Assembly (NCBI GenBank): GCA_022712945.1
Contig: JAFLJP010000104.1
Coordinates: 144 to 64,143, forward strand
DNA: 64,000 nt
From: Gammaproteobacteria bacterium
GTDB taxonomy: Bacteria > Pseudomonadota > Gammaproteobacteria > RBG-16-57-12
Direction: 5' to 3'
The notes beneath the pieces were generated by a model. That model did no database searches and was not told the origin of the DNA. It was given only the letters and a program-made list of their open reading frames with translations. Made by a program: the position numbers and the translations under genes. Positions 50,698-61,919 of the stretch are shown here, in pieces (within the stretch, counting starts at the first letter, position 1; every line of letters begins with the position of its first letter).

Positions 50698-51087
50698 TTA
50701 CTTGACATGCAAAGTCAGTTTCACATTTGGTGCCGTTACCCTTACTGCATCATGGAACCCCTTTGCATTGGCATCGGTTATACCAATACAGCCCAGCGTT
50801 CCCGGTTTGTTTCCATCAGGGTGAATACCCAGCCTTCCGCCAGTCTTCCCTCTATTTGTATTGAATTTAGGATATATTGGGACAAAAAATCCCATGCCTG
50901 TTTTATCCCGATATGGCACATCAACTTTGTTTGTATAGCCGGTAATCTCTCTTCGAGAGATATCATATAAACCAGGAGGCAATGCACCCGCACCAAATGG
51001 CCCACTAATGGCGTTCCAACTTAAGTTTTTTGATGGCCAAGTGAGTTTTTTTTGTTTTATATCAAAAATTAAATCAGCCACAATCAT
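50698..51087 (-). CDS. Tlde1/DUF2778-like L,D-transpeptidase-fold protein
   Basis: AISG..G.GALPPGLYDI and GRLGIHPDGNKPGTLGCI (His...T/S-x-G-C-I catalytic motif); no signal peptide. Confidence 0.65.
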   Translation of the reverse strand: MIVADLIFDIKQKKLTWPSKNLSWNAISGPFGAGALPPGLYDISRREITGYTNKVDVPYRDKTGMGFFVPIYPKFNTNRGKTGGRLGIHPDGNKPGTLGCIGITDANAKGFHDAVRVTAPNVKLTLHVK

Positions 51088-51140
51088 TCTCCTCACTTTA
51101 TTTTTTACAATGCGATCTCGGGTCTACCCAAAAACTAGAG

Positions 51141-51911
51141 CTAACGAACAATTCCCCGACTGCTCTTAGCTAAAAAGTCACTCATAATCACCACCTCTGA
51201 GTGCTCTTTAGCCAATAGTAAAAGTTTCTCCTTAGCTTCATCCAGCTTAAGCCCGGAACGAAAAATCAGGCGATAAGCCTGTTTCAATGCAGCCCGACTT
51301 TCGACGCTATATCCCCGGCGCTTTAACCCTTCGCTATTAAGGCCGTGTGCCTTGGCCATATGTCCGCCAATCATCAAGAAGGGCAGCACATCTTTAGAGA
51401 CCACGCTATTCATCTGACTAAAGCTGTGCTCACCTACATTGCAAAACTGGTGCACCAGGGTGAAACCACCAAGAATCGCATGGTCACCCACATCCACATG
51501 CCCGGCGAGGGTGACATTATTTGCAAGAATGGTGTGATCACCCACCAGGCAATCATGAGCAATATGAACATATGACATGATCCAGTTGTCACTACCAACA
51601 GTGGTTACACCACGATCCTGAGCAGTGCCCCGGCTAATGGTGACATATTCAAAAATAGTATTATTATCGCCAATCACTAAGCGGGTCAGTTCACCGCTGT
51701 ATTTTTTATCCTGTGGATCACAACCGATCGAGCAGAAGGAGTGAATTTTATTGCCCGCACCGATAACTGTCGGCCCATTGATCACCACATGAGGGCCAAT
51801 TTCACAATCGGGGCCAATGTCGACATCGGGGCCGATAACGGTGAAGGGGCCAATAGAGACACTATCAGCAATTTTTGCGGAGGGGTCGATAACAGCATGT
51901 TGGTCAATCAA
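51141..51911 (-). CDS. lpxA: UDP-N-acetylglucosamine acyltransferase
   Basis: Hexapeptide repeats, PQDKKY, HIAHDC, LAGHV, GLNSEGLKRRG. Confidence 0.97.
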   Translation of the reverse strand: MIDQHAVIDPSAKIADSVSIGPFTVIGPDVDIGPDCEIGPHVVINGPTVIGAGNKIHSFCSIGCDPQDKKYSGELTRLVIGDNNTIFEYVTISRGTAQDRGVTTVGSDNWIMSYVHIAHDCLVGDHTILANNVTLAGHVDVGDHAILGGFTLVHQFCNVGEHSFSQMNSVVSKDVLPFLMIGGHMAKAHGLNSEGLKRRGYSVESRAALKQAYRLIFRSGLKLDEAKEKLLLLAKEHSEVVIMSDFLAKSSRGIVR

Positions 51912-51913
51912 GG

Positions 51914-52357
51914 CTAAAGCTCTCTCTCAGCACACATTAACTGGGCAGAAGCGACCACCTTGCCATCAACTTTTGCCACCGCATCAAACTTCCAGATGTT
52001 ACGAATACAACGCGTTAATTCCACTTCCAGATACAGCTGATCACCGGGAATTACCTGGCGTTTAAAACGCGCATTGTCGATACCGACAAACAGGTACAGT
52101 GAACCATCATCATTGGTTTTATCTGTTGTTTTAAACGCCAGGATGCCGGTTGCCTGTGCCAGCGCCTCCATAATGAGAACACCGGGCATGACCGGCTTTT
52201 CAGCGAAGTGCCCCGGAAAATAGGGCTCGTTAACCGAGACATTTTTAATCGCCACCAAGCGTTTACCCGGCTCACACTCAATCACACGGTCAACCATCAG
52301 AAAGGGGTAACGGTGAGGAAGGTGTTTTAACACCTCATAAATATCCATGGTTTCCAA
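51914..52357 (-). CDS. fabZ: 3-hydroxyacyl-ACP dehydratase
   Basis: [31 protein letters not shown]. Confidence 0.97.
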   Translation of the reverse strand: METMDIYEVLKHLPHRYPFLMVDRVIECEPGKRLVAIKNVSVNEPYFPGHFAEKPVMPGVLIMEALAQATGILAFKTTDKTNDDGSLYLFVGIDNARFKRQVIPGDQLYLEVELTRCIRNIWKFDAVAKVDGKVVASAQLMCAEREL

Positions 52358-52372
52358 CAGATTATACCTTAA

Positions 52373-53386
52373 TTAACGCTTCAATTTTTCCAATTGACGC
52401 AGCCGATTGTTCAGTTTTCCCAACTGACCAAGGCGCGCAACTCGCTTATTCCACTCTCTATTCTCCTCAACAGGCAGACCTGAAGAGTAAACCCCTGGTT
52501 CTGAAATTGACTTGCTGACCAGGCTCATGGCGGTGATCGTGACATTATCGCAAATTTCCAGGTGCCCAACGATCCCCACGGCACCACCAATGGCACAATG
52601 CTTACCAATCACACTGCTCCCCGCAACAGCGCTATGTCCTGCTATTGCCGTGTGGGCACCAATGCGGACATTATGAGCAATTTGAATCAGATTATCTAAT
52701 TTAACACCCTCTTCAATAATCGTGTCGCCTATGGCCCCCGAGTCGATGGCGCAGTTAGCACCAATTTCAACATCATCACCCACAATGACCCGGCCTATTT
52801 GCTGAATTTTGAGCCAGTGCCCATTCTCATTTGCAAAACCAAAGCCGTCACTGCCGATGACAGCACCACTATGCAATAGACAGCGTTCACCAATCTTAAC
52901 CTCGGCATATAAACTGACATTAGCGTATAGCCGTGTATCAACACCAATTTCCACATTACGCCCAATCACACAACCTGGGGATATCTGCACACCGCGACCA
53001 ATCCGAGCCCCCGCCTCCACAACAACATTTGCACCAACCCAAGCGGAAGGGTCGATTGAAGCACTCTCATCAACAGTGGCTCGAGGATGAATAGCCCCCG
53101 ATTCACGATGTTCCGGGTAAAGATAAGCAACCGCTTTGGCATAACTCAGGTACGGATCATTCACAATAATAGCGGTTACCGGGCAGCTAGCCGCCTCGGA
53201 TTCACGCACCAGCACCGCACCTGCTCTGGTCTCAGCCAATTGGTGCTGGTATTTAGCATTTGCCAGGAATGAGAGCTGTCCAGGAAGCGCATGGGCGAGC
53301 GTTGCGACGCCATCAATCAAGCTGTCAGCCTCACCTACGACCTGCCCACCGAGTTGCTGGGCGAGTTGTGCAACTGTAATCGCCAT
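52373..53386 (-). CDS. lpxD: UDP-3-O-(3-hydroxyacyl)glucosamine N-acyltransferase
   Basis: GSDGFGFA, VEIGAN..ID, KLDNLIQIAHNV. Confidence 0.97.
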   Translation of the reverse strand: MAITVAQLAQQLGGQVVGEADSLIDGVATLAHALPGQLSFLANAKYQHQLAETRAGAVLVRESEAASCPVTAIIVNDPYLSYAKAVAYLYPEHRESGAIHPRATVDESASIDPSAWVGANVVVEAGARIGRGVQISPGCVIGRNVEIGVDTRLYANVSLYAEVKIGERCLLHSGAVIGSDGFGFANENGHWLKIQQIGRVIVGDDVEIGANCAIDSGAIGDTIIEEGVKLDNLIQIAHNVRIGAHTAIAGHSAVAGSSVIGKHCAIGGAVGIVGHLEICDNVTITAMSLVSKSISEPGVYSSGLPVEENREWNKRVARLGQLGKLNNRLRQLEKLKR

Positions 53387-53393
53387 ATCGCTC

Positions 53394-53909
53394 CTATGGA
53401 GTTGCGGTTGATTGGCTGTACCGTTGCTTCAATTGTTTAATCAACTGATCAGAAAGGTCAACCTTGTCGCTGGCATAAATAACACCTTCACTCAGAATAA
53501 GATCATAACCATCACGTTCAGCCAACCTGATAATCGCCTCGTAAATTTCGCGTTGTAATTTACCAAACTCCTCGTTGCGACGGATATTCAGGTCATCGCG
53601 GAAGGCCTCTTGAGTACGCCGCACATCACGCTCCATGTTGCGTAGCTCCCGCTCTTTGCCATCGCGTTGTTCCAGGCTCATCATCAAGCCGTCCCGGGCG
53701 AGTGTCTCTTCCAGCGTGCGGTATTTTTGTTGCAGTTCAACCAGCTCACGGTCACGCTCTGCAAACTCTTTTTCGAGTAGTGCTCTTGCCACCTCGGCCT
53801 GGGGCGCTTGCTCCAGCACTTTAGCGGGGTCTACCGCACCAATTTTCATATCAGCAGCAATGGCACTGCCGCTGCACAAAAGAGCCAAACAAAATAAAAT
53901 ATTACGCAT
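53394..53909 (-). CDS. skp: Periplasmic chaperone Skp/OmpH
   Basis: Signal peptide, KIGAVD, coiled coil, GYDLIL; between bamA and lpxD. Confidence 0.93.
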   Translation of the reverse strand: MRNILFCLALLCSGSAIAADMKIGAVDPAKVLEQAPQAEVARALLEKEFAERDRELVELQQKYRTLEETLARDGLMMSLEQRDGKERELRNMERDVRRTQEAFRDDLNIRRNEEFGKLQREIYEAIIRLAERDGYDLILSEGVIYASDKVDLSDQLIKQLKQRYSQSTATP

Positions 53910-53962
53910 GTTAGATCCTATCTATTATAGTGAGGCCTTTTCACAGCCCTTACTTTTACGCT

Positions 53963-54002
53963 GAGACCTTTGCACGAAAGATAGTTTTCGTGCAAAGGTC
54001 TC
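53963..54002. mobile_element. Minimal family F element (two abutted TIRs) with a 5-bp target duplication
   Basis: ACGCT-GAGACCTTTGCACGAAA-GATAGT-TTTCGTGCAAAGGTCTC-ACGCT. Confidence 0.8.
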
Positions 54003-54019
54003 ACGCTAACGGTATTAAA

Positions 54020-56368
54020 TCAGAAAGGCGCTCCAATCGTAAACTGGAAACGCTCAAGTTCATCTGATGATTCACTTCGAATCGGATAACCCAAACTGAA
54101 AGTTAACATACCAACCGGGGTGACCCACTGCATAGCAACACCGTGTGAAACCCGTAATTCATCCAGAATACTGTCACGGGTAAAGGGTATGTTATACCCA
54201 AAAACATAACCCGCATCGATAAAATAGCTCCAGCGAAAGCTGTGTTTATACTCTTCAAAGGGTGAGGGGAAAATCCACTCAAAGCTGCTGCGCAGCTTTT
54301 TATTGCCACCAATCACCTTTTTACGGGTAAAGGAAATCGGATTGCCTGAATCATCTTCTCCATCCGTCCAGTTCACCGTGCTCCAGGGGCCCAGGGAGTT
54401 ACTGGCAAAACCCCGCATTGAGGTGACACCACCCAGATAGAAGCTTTCGAAGAAGGGTAGCCCCTTGGTATCACCAATACCACGACCATAACCCACGTCA
54501 GTGGAGAATGACAATGAGGTATCAAAGATTGTCGGCCACAGGAAGGTCTGCTTGTGGCGAATTTTCAAGTATTCCAGTTCACTGCCTGGGAAAGAGTAAT
54601 CCAGGGTCAGGCGTTGTAAATAACCCTCCCTTGCAAACAGGGTACGATCACGGGAGTCGTGACTCCAGCTGGCGCTCACCATGGCACTGCCAAATTCATC
54701 ACCGTTATCCTGAACCCAGCCATGTATCTGGGGGCCAACACGGTCTAGCGGTGCATCAATCTTGATTTTTTCATATTCAAACGACAATCGAACGCGATTG
54801 TATTCACTCATGGGGAAACCAAAATTCAAACTGGCACCCAACACATCGGTATTAAAATCCGCGACGCTGGCACCGCCACCATCAGTTGTTGTGGAGTAGA
54901 GACTAAAGCCTCGGCTGATACCATCCAATGTGTAATACGGGTTTGTGAAGGAGAGGTTGTAAGTCGTCACCGCCCGACTGTTATCAAACGCCAAACGCAC
55001 ATTCTCCCCACTGCCCAAAAAGTTTTGTTCCGTCACCGACGTGTTAAAAATCATACCATTGGTGCCGTAACCAGCACCCGCCTGTAAATTACCGGAACGT
55101 CCCTCGGTAACCTGAAAGTTAACATCCACCTGATCAGAGCTACCCGGCACAGCGGGTGTTTCAACACCCACCTCTTGAATGTAACCCAAGCGCTGCATAC
55201 GGGTACGTGAGCGATTTACTTTTTGTGTAGAGAACCAACCGCCTTCCATTTGCCGTATTTCACGACGCAACACCTCATCAAAGGTTTTTGTATTGCCCGA
55301 AATATTGATACGCCGCACATACACCCGTTTGCCCGGGTCGACATAGATTGTCAGTGCAACCGTTCTCTGCTCTTTATCCACATCAGGAACCGCATTAATA
55401 TTGGCGAAAGCATAACCTTCATAGCCCAAACGCTCATTCAGCGCATTGGTCGTTTCGGTTAACGCCTTGCGTGAAAAAACATCACCCGCCGAGAGGCGTA
55501 ACAGCGCGGTGAGTTCCGTTTCATCAACAATCAAATTACCCACCAACTTGATGGAAGAGACATTGTACTGCTCCCCCTCGGCAAGATTAGCGGTGATGTA
55601 GACCCCCTGTTTATCGGGTGTGACCGAAACCTGGGTTGATTCAATGGCAAACTCCAGATAGCCACGATCCATGTAATAAGAGCGCAGAGTTTCGATATCT
55701 CCCAGCAGCTTCTGTTTTGAATATTTATCCCTGGAGCTGAACAGCGAAATAAGTGGCGCTTCACCCAGCTCCAAGCGCGACAACAGTTTTTCATCACTGA
55801 ACGCACGGTTACCCACCAGGTTGACTTGATGAATACGAGCCACATCGCCCTCATCAATCTGTACTTTTATTTCAACCAGATTATCACTGTTTTCGACCAA
55901 CTCACTGGTAATAGAGACCCCGTATTTACCTTCGCTGTAATATTGACGACGCAGCTCCTGGGTTATTTTTTCCAGTTGAGAGGGGTTGAATATGCGCCCC
56001 TCAACCAAGCCGAGATTTTTCAACACCATCTCTAACTGATCATCGCTGATCTCTTCATTGCCATCAAATTCGATCTTGGCAATGGATGGGCGCTCTTTAA
56101 ACTCAAGCACCAGAACATCACCACTGTGACCCAGCCGAATATCGAGAAAAAACCCGGTTGCGTAGAGTGTTTTTATTATTTCAGCACGGCGTTCATCATC
56201 CAGCGTCTCACCCACCCTGAAAGGGAGATAGGTAAAAACCGTACCCGCCGCAATACGCTTTAAGCCATCAAGACGAATATCCTGCACTTCAAAAGCATGT
56301 ACCGATAACGGCAACAGCAGAACTAACAAGCTCTGACACAAAAAATTAGTTAACTTATTTTTGAACAC
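54020..56368 (-). CDS. bamA: Outer membrane protein assembly factor
   Basis: POTRA repeats (DEVLRRE), FYLGG..SMRGF, C-terminal FQFTIGAPF. Confidence 0.97.
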   Translation of the reverse strand: MFKNKLTNFLCQSLLVLLLPLSVHAFEVQDIRLDGLKRIAAGTVFTYLPFRVGETLDDERRAEIIKTLYATGFFLDIRLGHSGDVLVLEFKERPSIAKIEFDGNEEISDDQLEMVLKNLGLVEGRIFNPSQLEKITQELRRQYYSEGKYGVSITSELVENSDNLVEIKVQIDEGDVARIHQVNLVGNRAFSDEKLLSRLELGEAPLISLFSSRDKYSKQKLLGDIETLRSYYMDRGYLEFAIESTQVSVTPDKQGVYITANLAEGEQYNVSSIKLVGNLIVDETELTALLRLSAGDVFSRKALTETTNALNERLGYEGYAFANINAVPDVDKEQRTVALTIYVDPGKRVYVRRINISGNTKTFDEVLRREIRQMEGGWFSTQKVNRSRTRMQRLGYIQEVGVETPAVPGSSDQVDVNFQVTEGRSGNLQAGAGYGTNGMIFNTSVTEQNFLGSGENVRLAFDNSRAVTTYNLSFTNPYYTLDGISRGFSLYSTTTDGGGASVADFNTDVLGASLNFGFPMSEYNRVRLSFEYEKIKIDAPLDRVGPQIHGWVQDNGDEFGSAMVSASWSHDSRDRTLFAREGYLQRLTLDYSFPGSELEYLKIRHKQTFLWPTIFDTSLSFSTDVGYGRGIGDTKGLPFFESFYLGGVTSMRGFASNSLGPWSTVNWTDGEDDSGNPISFTRKKVIGGNKKLRSSFEWIFPSPFEEYKHSFRWSYFIDAGYVFGYNIPFTRDSILDELRVSHGVAMQWVTPVGMLTFSLGYPIRSESSDELERFQFTIGAPF

Positions 56369-56371
56369 ACA

Positions 56372-57742
56372 CTATCCAAACAGTCGTATTAGGTCGTTAT
56401 ACAGCGCGACACTCATCAGCATTAGAAGACAGAACATGCCGATACGCAGTCCCAGTGCCTGCAATTCATCCGAAAGAGGAGAACCCTTGATAAACTCGAT
56501 TAAATAATAGAGTAGATGCCCCCCATCCAGCATTGGAATCGGCAGCAGATTCAGCACTCCAAGGCTCAGGCTGATCACCGCCAAAAAAGCCAGAAAAGTG
56601 GGCAACCCACTCTGTGCTGAATAACCTGCATACTGAGCAATGGTCAGTGGGCCGCTCAGATTATCCAGTGAAACTTGGCCCGTTAACATCTTGCCCATTA
56701 TTTGAAGGCTCATCAGGCTCATATCCCAGGTTTTGTTAAATGATGCCAAAACAGCTTCAAACGGCCCATACTGTTGCACCGCAAGTAGCTCATCAGGGAT
56801 AGTGTGTCGCTGTAACGTGACACCGGCACCGATTCTACCAAAACTAACACCACTCTCTTCAACTTTTTCCGGGGTAATGGTCAGCGTCCGTTCTGCTCCT
56901 TCACGTAAAACGTGTAATGAAATCGACTGCTCCGGGCGATCACGAACGTAGGTGACCCAGGCAATCCAACCCGTGATGGGCTGACCATCCGCAGCAAGAA
57001 GCTTATCCCCAACCAGCAGGCCCGACCTGGCCGCCGGGCTGTTATCCAACACCTTACCGATAACCGCCTCAACATGGGGACGGCGCGGCGTCAGGCCAAG
57101 ACGCTGCAGCCCCCCCTGTTTTCCAAACTCATCCCCTACCTCTGGCAGCGTTAACTCAACCTCTCGCGTCTGCTGCCACTCATCAGCAACGGTTATGCGA
57201 AGCCGCTCTTGATTCAGACTCTTAGCAAGTACTTCAAGACTGGCAGCACCCCAGGTGGCCGTTGCCTGACCATCCACCGCGACAATCTGGTCTCCAATAC
57301 GAATATCAACTTCTGCGGCGATCGAGTTGGCCTCAATAGCACCCACCACCGGCTTTATACCTGGCAGGCCCACCACAAACATCATCCAGTAAAGAAAAAT
57401 GGCGAAAATAAAGTTAAACACCGGTCCGGCAAGCACGATGGCGACACGGTGGTGAATTTTCTGTCGGTTGAATGCTTTGTCACGTAGCGACTCAGGCACA
57501 TTGCCCTCACGCTCATCCAGCATACTGACGTAACCACCGAGGGGGATTGCTGCAATAACAAATTCGGTATCATCTTCACTGCGCTGGTAGCGCCAGAGCG
57601 GTTTGCCAAAACCGATCGAAAAGCGCAGTACCTTCACACCCACTTTGCGGGCAACCCAGTAATGACCAAACTCATGAATCGTAATCAGCAGACCAAGGGC
57701 CACAATAAAAGCGGGTACCGCTATCAGTAAATTATCTACCAT
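56372..57742 (-). CDS. rseP: RIP metalloprotease RseP
   Basis: HEFGH, IPLGGYV, two PDZ domains, NLLPIPMLDGG. Confidence 0.97.
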   Translation of the reverse strand: MVDNLLIAVPAFIVALGLLITIHEFGHYWVARKVGVKVLRFSIGFGKPLWRYQRSEDDTEFVIAAIPLGGYVSMLDEREGNVPESLRDKAFNRQKIHHRVAIVLAGPVFNFIFAIFLYWMMFVVGLPGIKPVVGAIEANSIAAEVDIRIGDQIVAVDGQATATWGAASLEVLAKSLNQERLRITVADEWQQTREVELTLPEVGDEFGKQGGLQRLGLTPRRPHVEAVIGKVLDNSPAARSGLLVGDKLLAADGQPITGWIAWVTYVRDRPEQSISLHVLREGAERTLTITPEKVEESGVSFGRIGAGVTLQRHTIPDELLAVQQYGPFEAVLASFNKTWDMSLMSLQIMGKMLTGQVSLDNLSGPLTIAQYAGYSAQSGLPTFLAFLAVISLSLGVLNLLPIPMLDGGHLLYYLIEFIKGSPLSDELQALGLRIGMFCLLMLMSVALYNDLIRLFG

Positions 57743-57746
57743 CAGC

Positions 57747-58925
57747 TTAACTCAACTGGCTGACAAGCTGCGCGGCCAATACCCGAGCCTGTTTATCTTC
57801 ATCAAAGATCACATCCAGAGAATCAGCTACCCGGTTGGTGCGCTGTTCAAGTGTCTGTTCAATCACCTTGGGAATCGCTAAGAATGGCAGGCGGTTATCC
57901 AGAAAAGCATCAACCGCAACTTCATTGGCTGCATTAAGCGCTGCTGGCGAGGTTCCACCCGCCTCAATCGCTTCACGGGCAAGGCGCAGGCAGGGAAAAC
58001 GCTGTTCATCCGGCTTTTCGAAGTTGAGTTGAGCCACCTCAAAAATATTCATCCCCTTGTCGCCAGAGTCCATACGTTGCGGCCACGCCATGGCGTGGGC
58101 GATTGGAATGCGCATATCGGGATTGCCCATCTGGGAAATCACCGAACCATCCACATATTCAACCATGGAGTGAATTATGCTTTCGGGGTGTACCACCACT
58201 TGCACTTGGTCTGGCTTTGCATCAAACAACCAGCACGCTTCAATCAGCTCAAGGCCCTTATTCATCATTGAGGCAGAATCGACCGAGATCTTGCGCCCCA
58301 TCACCCAGTTGGGATGAGCAATCGCCTGTTCGGGTGTCACATTTTGTAGCTGATCAAGGGTTTTGGTGCGAAAAGGGCCGCCTGAGGCGGTTAACAAAAT
58401 ACGGCGTACACCCGTCTCAGCCAGGCCACGGGAGAAATCCACTGGCATACTTTGAAAAATCGCATTATGCTCGCTATCAATCGGCAGTAGCTCAGCACCA
58501 CTGTGATGCACTTCATCCATGAACAACTTACCTGACATCACCAGTGCCTCTTTATTAGCCAAAAGCACACGTTTACCCGCACGGGCGGCGGCAAGTGTGG
58601 GGACTAAACCCGCTGCACCCACAATAGCGGCCATTACGTAATCAACCTCAGGTAATGCTGCAACATACTCCAACCCATCAACACCGGAAATAACCTTGGT
58701 CGCTATTGCTGATTCTTTCAACTGTTGTTCAAGCAACTCGGCGGCCTGAGTTGATGCCATCACCGCGTAGTCGGGTTTAAAGCGCTGGCAGAGCTTGAGC
58801 ATTTTATCGACTTGGGTATTAGCGGTCAGTGCAACCACACGGTAATCATCAAGGTGGCGGGCAACCACATCCAGCGTGCTGTCACCAATAGAGCCCGTCG
58901 CACCCAGGATACAAACACCAATCAT
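57747..58925 (-). CDS. dxr: 1-deoxy-D-xylulose-5-phosphate reductoisomerase
   Basis: [31 protein letters not shown]. Confidence 0.98.
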   Translation of the reverse strand: MIGVCILGATGSIGDSTLDVVARHLDDYRVVALTANTQVDKMLKLCQRFKPDYAVMASTQAAELLEQQLKESAIATKVISGVDGLEYVAALPEVDYVMAAIVGAAGLVPTLAAARAGKRVLLANKEALVMSGKLFMDEVHHSGAELLPIDSEHNAIFQSMPVDFSRGLAETGVRRILLTASGGPFRTKTLDQLQNVTPEQAIAHPNWVMGRKISVDSASMMNKGLELIEACWLFDAKPDQVQVVVHPESIIHSMVEYVDGSVISQMGNPDMRIPIAHAMAWPQRMDSGDKGMNIFEVAQLNFEKPDEQRFPCLRLAREAIEAGGTSPAALNAANEVAVDAFLDNRLPFLAIPKVIEQTLEQRTNRVADSLDVIFDEDKQARVLAAQLVSQLS

Positions 58926-59731
58926 AAGCCACTCTCAAGCAGTAACAGACCAAAGGCAAACACCGGTGCCGCCGCCGTTACACTGTCAATGCGGTCTAAC
59001 ACACCACCGTGCCCTGGCAACAGACGACCGCTATCTTTCACACCCGCATTTCGCTTAAACATGCTTTCAGCCAGATCCCCAAGAATTGAAAAAAGTACCG
59101 TCACCATGCACAACACGATAAAACCCATGCTCAGCACCGGTTGCAACCACAGAACCCCAACTACTGACCAAACAGCACCACCCATCACCGCGCCCCACAA
59201 ACCAGCCATGGTTTTCCCCGGACTAACATTGGGTGCCATTTTTTTATTGCCCCATTGGCGACCGGAAAAATAAGCGGCGCTGTCAGCCACCCAAATGAGC
59301 GTGAGCAAAAAGAGAACATAGAATGGGCCATCATCAGGTCGGTTGTGCAAGGTAACCAGCGCAAGCCAACACGGCGTCAGCAATAACAGACCGGCTAGCA
59401 TCTTAAACGTTCTATTTTTAAGCAGATTGCCTTTTGGGTAATTGAGCACCATCCCCAGCACCACACACCACCACATCACCGCAGCACCCAGCAAAAACAG
59501 CAGCAGGTCAGTCGGTGCTACCCACATCAAACCGAGCAACACAACAATAACGGCACTGAAACCACCACTGGCAAAACCGGCGGGAATGCTAGCCAGCCGA
59601 CACCATTCAGTGGCACCAATTGTCGCAATCAGCGCGAATAAGATAGCAAAATAGGAATTTGGCAGAGAGAGAATTGCCCAGACAAAGAGGGGAATTAAGA
59701 TAACAGCCGTCATTAAACGCTGTTTCAGCAC
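58922..59731 (-). CDS. cdsA: Phosphatidate cytidylyltransferase
   Basis: [33 protein letters not shown]. Confidence 0.96.
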   Translation of the reverse strand: MLKQRLMTAVILIPLFVWAILSLPNSYFAILFALIATIGATEWCRLASIPAGFASGGFSAVIVVLLGLMWVAPTDLLLFLLGAAVMWWCVVLGMVLNYPKGNLLKNRTFKMLAGLLLLTPCWLALVTLHNRPDDGPFYVLFLLTLIWVADSAAYFSGRQWGNKKMAPNVSPGKTMAGLWGAVMGGAVWSVVGVLWLQPVLSMGFIVLCMVTVLFSILGDLAESMFKRNAGVKDSGRLLPGHGGVLDRIDSVTAAAPVFAFGLLLLESGL

Positions 59732-60483
59732 TATTTTCTCCCCTGTTCTATCTGATCACCGGTCTTGCCAAAACGACGTTGACGCTGTGAAAAAGAGAGC
59801 ATCGCCTCTTCAAAAGCCTCTCCTTTAAAATCGGGCCAGAGGGTATCGGTAAAGTAGAGTTCAGTATAAGCCAGTTGCCACAACAAGAAGTTGCTGATGC
59901 GTTTTTCACCGCCGGTACGGATGAACAGGTCAGGCTCTGGCAATTCTGCAAGAGACATCGCACCATCCATCATCTCCGGACTAATATCAGCCGCGCTCAG
60001 CTCACCTTGCTCTACTTGGCGCGCAAGCTTGGCTGCTGCCTGTGTGACATCCCAACGGCCACCATAATTGGCGGCAATAACCAATATTAAACCGCTATTT
60101 CCAGCGGTCAGTCTCTCGGCTTTTTCAATCAATTTTTGCATTTTCGGCGTAAAGGCACTCAGCTCGCCGATGATACGAAGACGCACATTGCTTTTATGAA
60201 GTTTTTTCACCTCAAGATCAAGCACGGTGGCAAAAAGGGACATTAAGGCACCCACCTCTTCCTCCGGTCGACGCCAGTTTTCGCTACTGAAAGCAAATAG
60301 CGTTAAAACCTCCACCCCATAATCCACACAGCTGTTAACAATGGCACGAACTGACTCAACACCGGCCTTGTGTCCCATGAAGCGTGGCCGCCTGCGTGCC
60401 TTAGCCCAACGGCCATTGCCATCCATAATAACAGCCACATGTTTGGGAGGCGCTGCTAATGGCTTGATTTTGGATTCAGACAT
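59731..60483 (-). CDS. uppS: Undecaprenyl diphosphate synthase
   Basis: [38 protein letters not shown]. Confidence 0.97.
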   Translation of the reverse strand: MSESKIKPLAAPPKHVAVIMDGNGRWAKARRRPRFMGHKAGVESVRAIVNSCVDYGVEVLTLFAFSSENWRRPEEEVGALMSLFATVLDLEVKKLHKSNVRLRIIGELSAFTPKMQKLIEKAERLTAGNSGLILVIAANYGGRWDVTQAAAKLARQVEQGELSAADISPEMMDGAMSLAELPEPDLFIRTGGEKRISNFLLWQLAYTELYFTDTLWPDFKGEAFEEAMLSFSQRQRRFGKTGDQIEQGRK

Positions 60484-60510
60484 CGCTACTCGTACTTAAA
60501 GTTATACAAT

Positions 60511-60572
60511 GAGACCTTTGCATGAAAAACAACTTCCGTTCCAGCGAGGCAAATGAATTGTGCAAAGATCTC
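60511..60572. mobile_element. Mini element, family F, between frr and uppS
   Basis: GAGACCTTTGCATGA ... TTGTGCAAAGATCTC. Confidence 0.7.
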
Positions 60573-60620
60573 ATAACCGACCATGGAGCCGCTACGATGA
60601 TCTCTATTTTCGCACGACCT

Positions 60621-61178
60621 TTAGATCTCCATCAGATCCTTCTCTTTGGTATCCAGCAACTTTTCAATGTCAGCAATATTTTTATCGGTTATTTTCTGAA
60701 TATCATCTTCCGCCTTACGGGATTCATCTTCTGTAATATCTTTATCTTTCAGCAGTGACTTAACATCGCCAATCGCATCGCGGCGGATATTACGTACCGC
60801 GATACGTCCCTGCTCACCCTCACCGCGCATCACTTTAATCAAATCACGGCGACGCTCTTCCGTTAATGGTGGCAATGGGACACGAATATTGCTACCCGAG
60901 GTCACCGGATTCAAACCTAAATTAGCCGTCAAAATTGCTTTATCAATAACCGGCACCAATGGTTTTTCCCATGGGGTGACAGTCAGAGTACGCGCATCCG
61001 TTACTGACACGGAAGCAACCTGATTAAGCGGGGTGGGCGTACCATAATAATCAACCACAACCTGGTCAAGGATTGAAGGGTGTGCACGACCGGTACGCAG
61101 TTTTCCCAGCTCTTTAGTGAGTGATTCGATGCTTTTTTTCATGCGAACATCGGCATCATTTTTAATGTCATTAATCAT
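60621..61178 (-). CDS. frr: Ribosome recycling factor
   Basis: [24 protein letters not shown]; ATG at 61178. Confidence 0.97.
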   Translation of the reverse strand: MINDIKNDADVRMKKSIESLTKELGKLRTGRAHPSILDQVVVDYYGTPTPLNQVASVSVTDARTLTVTPWEKPLVPVIDKAILTANLGLNPVTSGSNIRVPLPPLTEERRRDLIKVMRGEGEQGRIAVRNIRRDAIGDVKSLLKDKDITEDESRKAEDDIQKITDKNIADIEKLLDTKEKDLMEI

Positions 61179-61914
61179 TGTTTTCTCCCTGATAAACCAA
61201 GGTACCTTCATCTTCACCTGCGATAACTCGCATCAACGCCCCCGGCTTATTCATATCAAAAATACGCAATGGCATATTGTAATCACGGCACAGAGCGATT
61301 GCCGTTGCATCCATTACTTTCAAGTTTTTACTCAGCACTTCACTATAACTCAATCGGTCATAACGCGTTGCACTCGGGTCTTTCATTGGGTCGCTGCTAT
61401 AAACACCATCAACCTTGGTCGCTTTCAGTACCACATCCGCACCGATTTCAATCCCCCGCAGACTAGCCGCCGAATCGGTGGTAAAAAACGGGTTACCGGT
61501 GCCCGCAGCAAAGATTACCACCCGGCCTTTCTCCATATGACGAACGGCGCGGCGGCGAATGTACTCTTCGCAGATCTGGTTAATTGGCAGAGCCGACATC
61601 ACTCGACAACAGAGCCCGGCACGTTCAACTGCATCTTGCAGAGAGAGGGCGTTCATAACCGTTGCCAACATTCCCATGTAATCGGCTGTTGAACGGTCCA
61701 TGCCACTGGCAGACAAACTGATGCCGCGAAAAATATTACCCCCACCCACAACCAGGCCGATTTCGACACCGGTTTTGTGAAGTTCGGCAACCTCTTCCGC
61801 CACACGTTTCATGACAACAGGATCAATACCAAACTCTTGATCCCCCATCAACGCCTCACCACTCAATTTGAGTAATATGCGCTTATAAACGCTTTTGCCT
61901 GCTTGCTCTGCCAT
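61171..61914 (-). CDS. pyrH: UMP kinase
   Basis: [26 protein letters not shown]. Confidence 0.98.
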   Translation of the reverse strand: MAEQAGKSVYKRILLKLSGEALMGDQEFGIDPVVMKRVAEEVAELHKTGVEIGLVVGGGNIFRGISLSASGMDRSTADYMGMLATVMNALSLQDAVERAGLCCRVMSALPINQICEEYIRRRAVRHMEKGRVVIFAAGTGNPFFTTDSAASLRGIEIGADVVLKATKVDGVYSSDPMKDPSATRYDRLSYSEVLSKNLKVMDATAIALCRDYNMPLRIFDMNKPGALMRVIAGEDEGTLVYQGENND

Positions 61915-61919
61915 AATAA

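Noticed and set aside
50224-51145. Integron gene cassette between lpxA and lpxB
   Set aside because: GTTAG at the lpxA stop and ACCTGAC at the end of the lipoprotein gene are suggestive, but only about 20 bp remain before lpxB, too short for an attC site.
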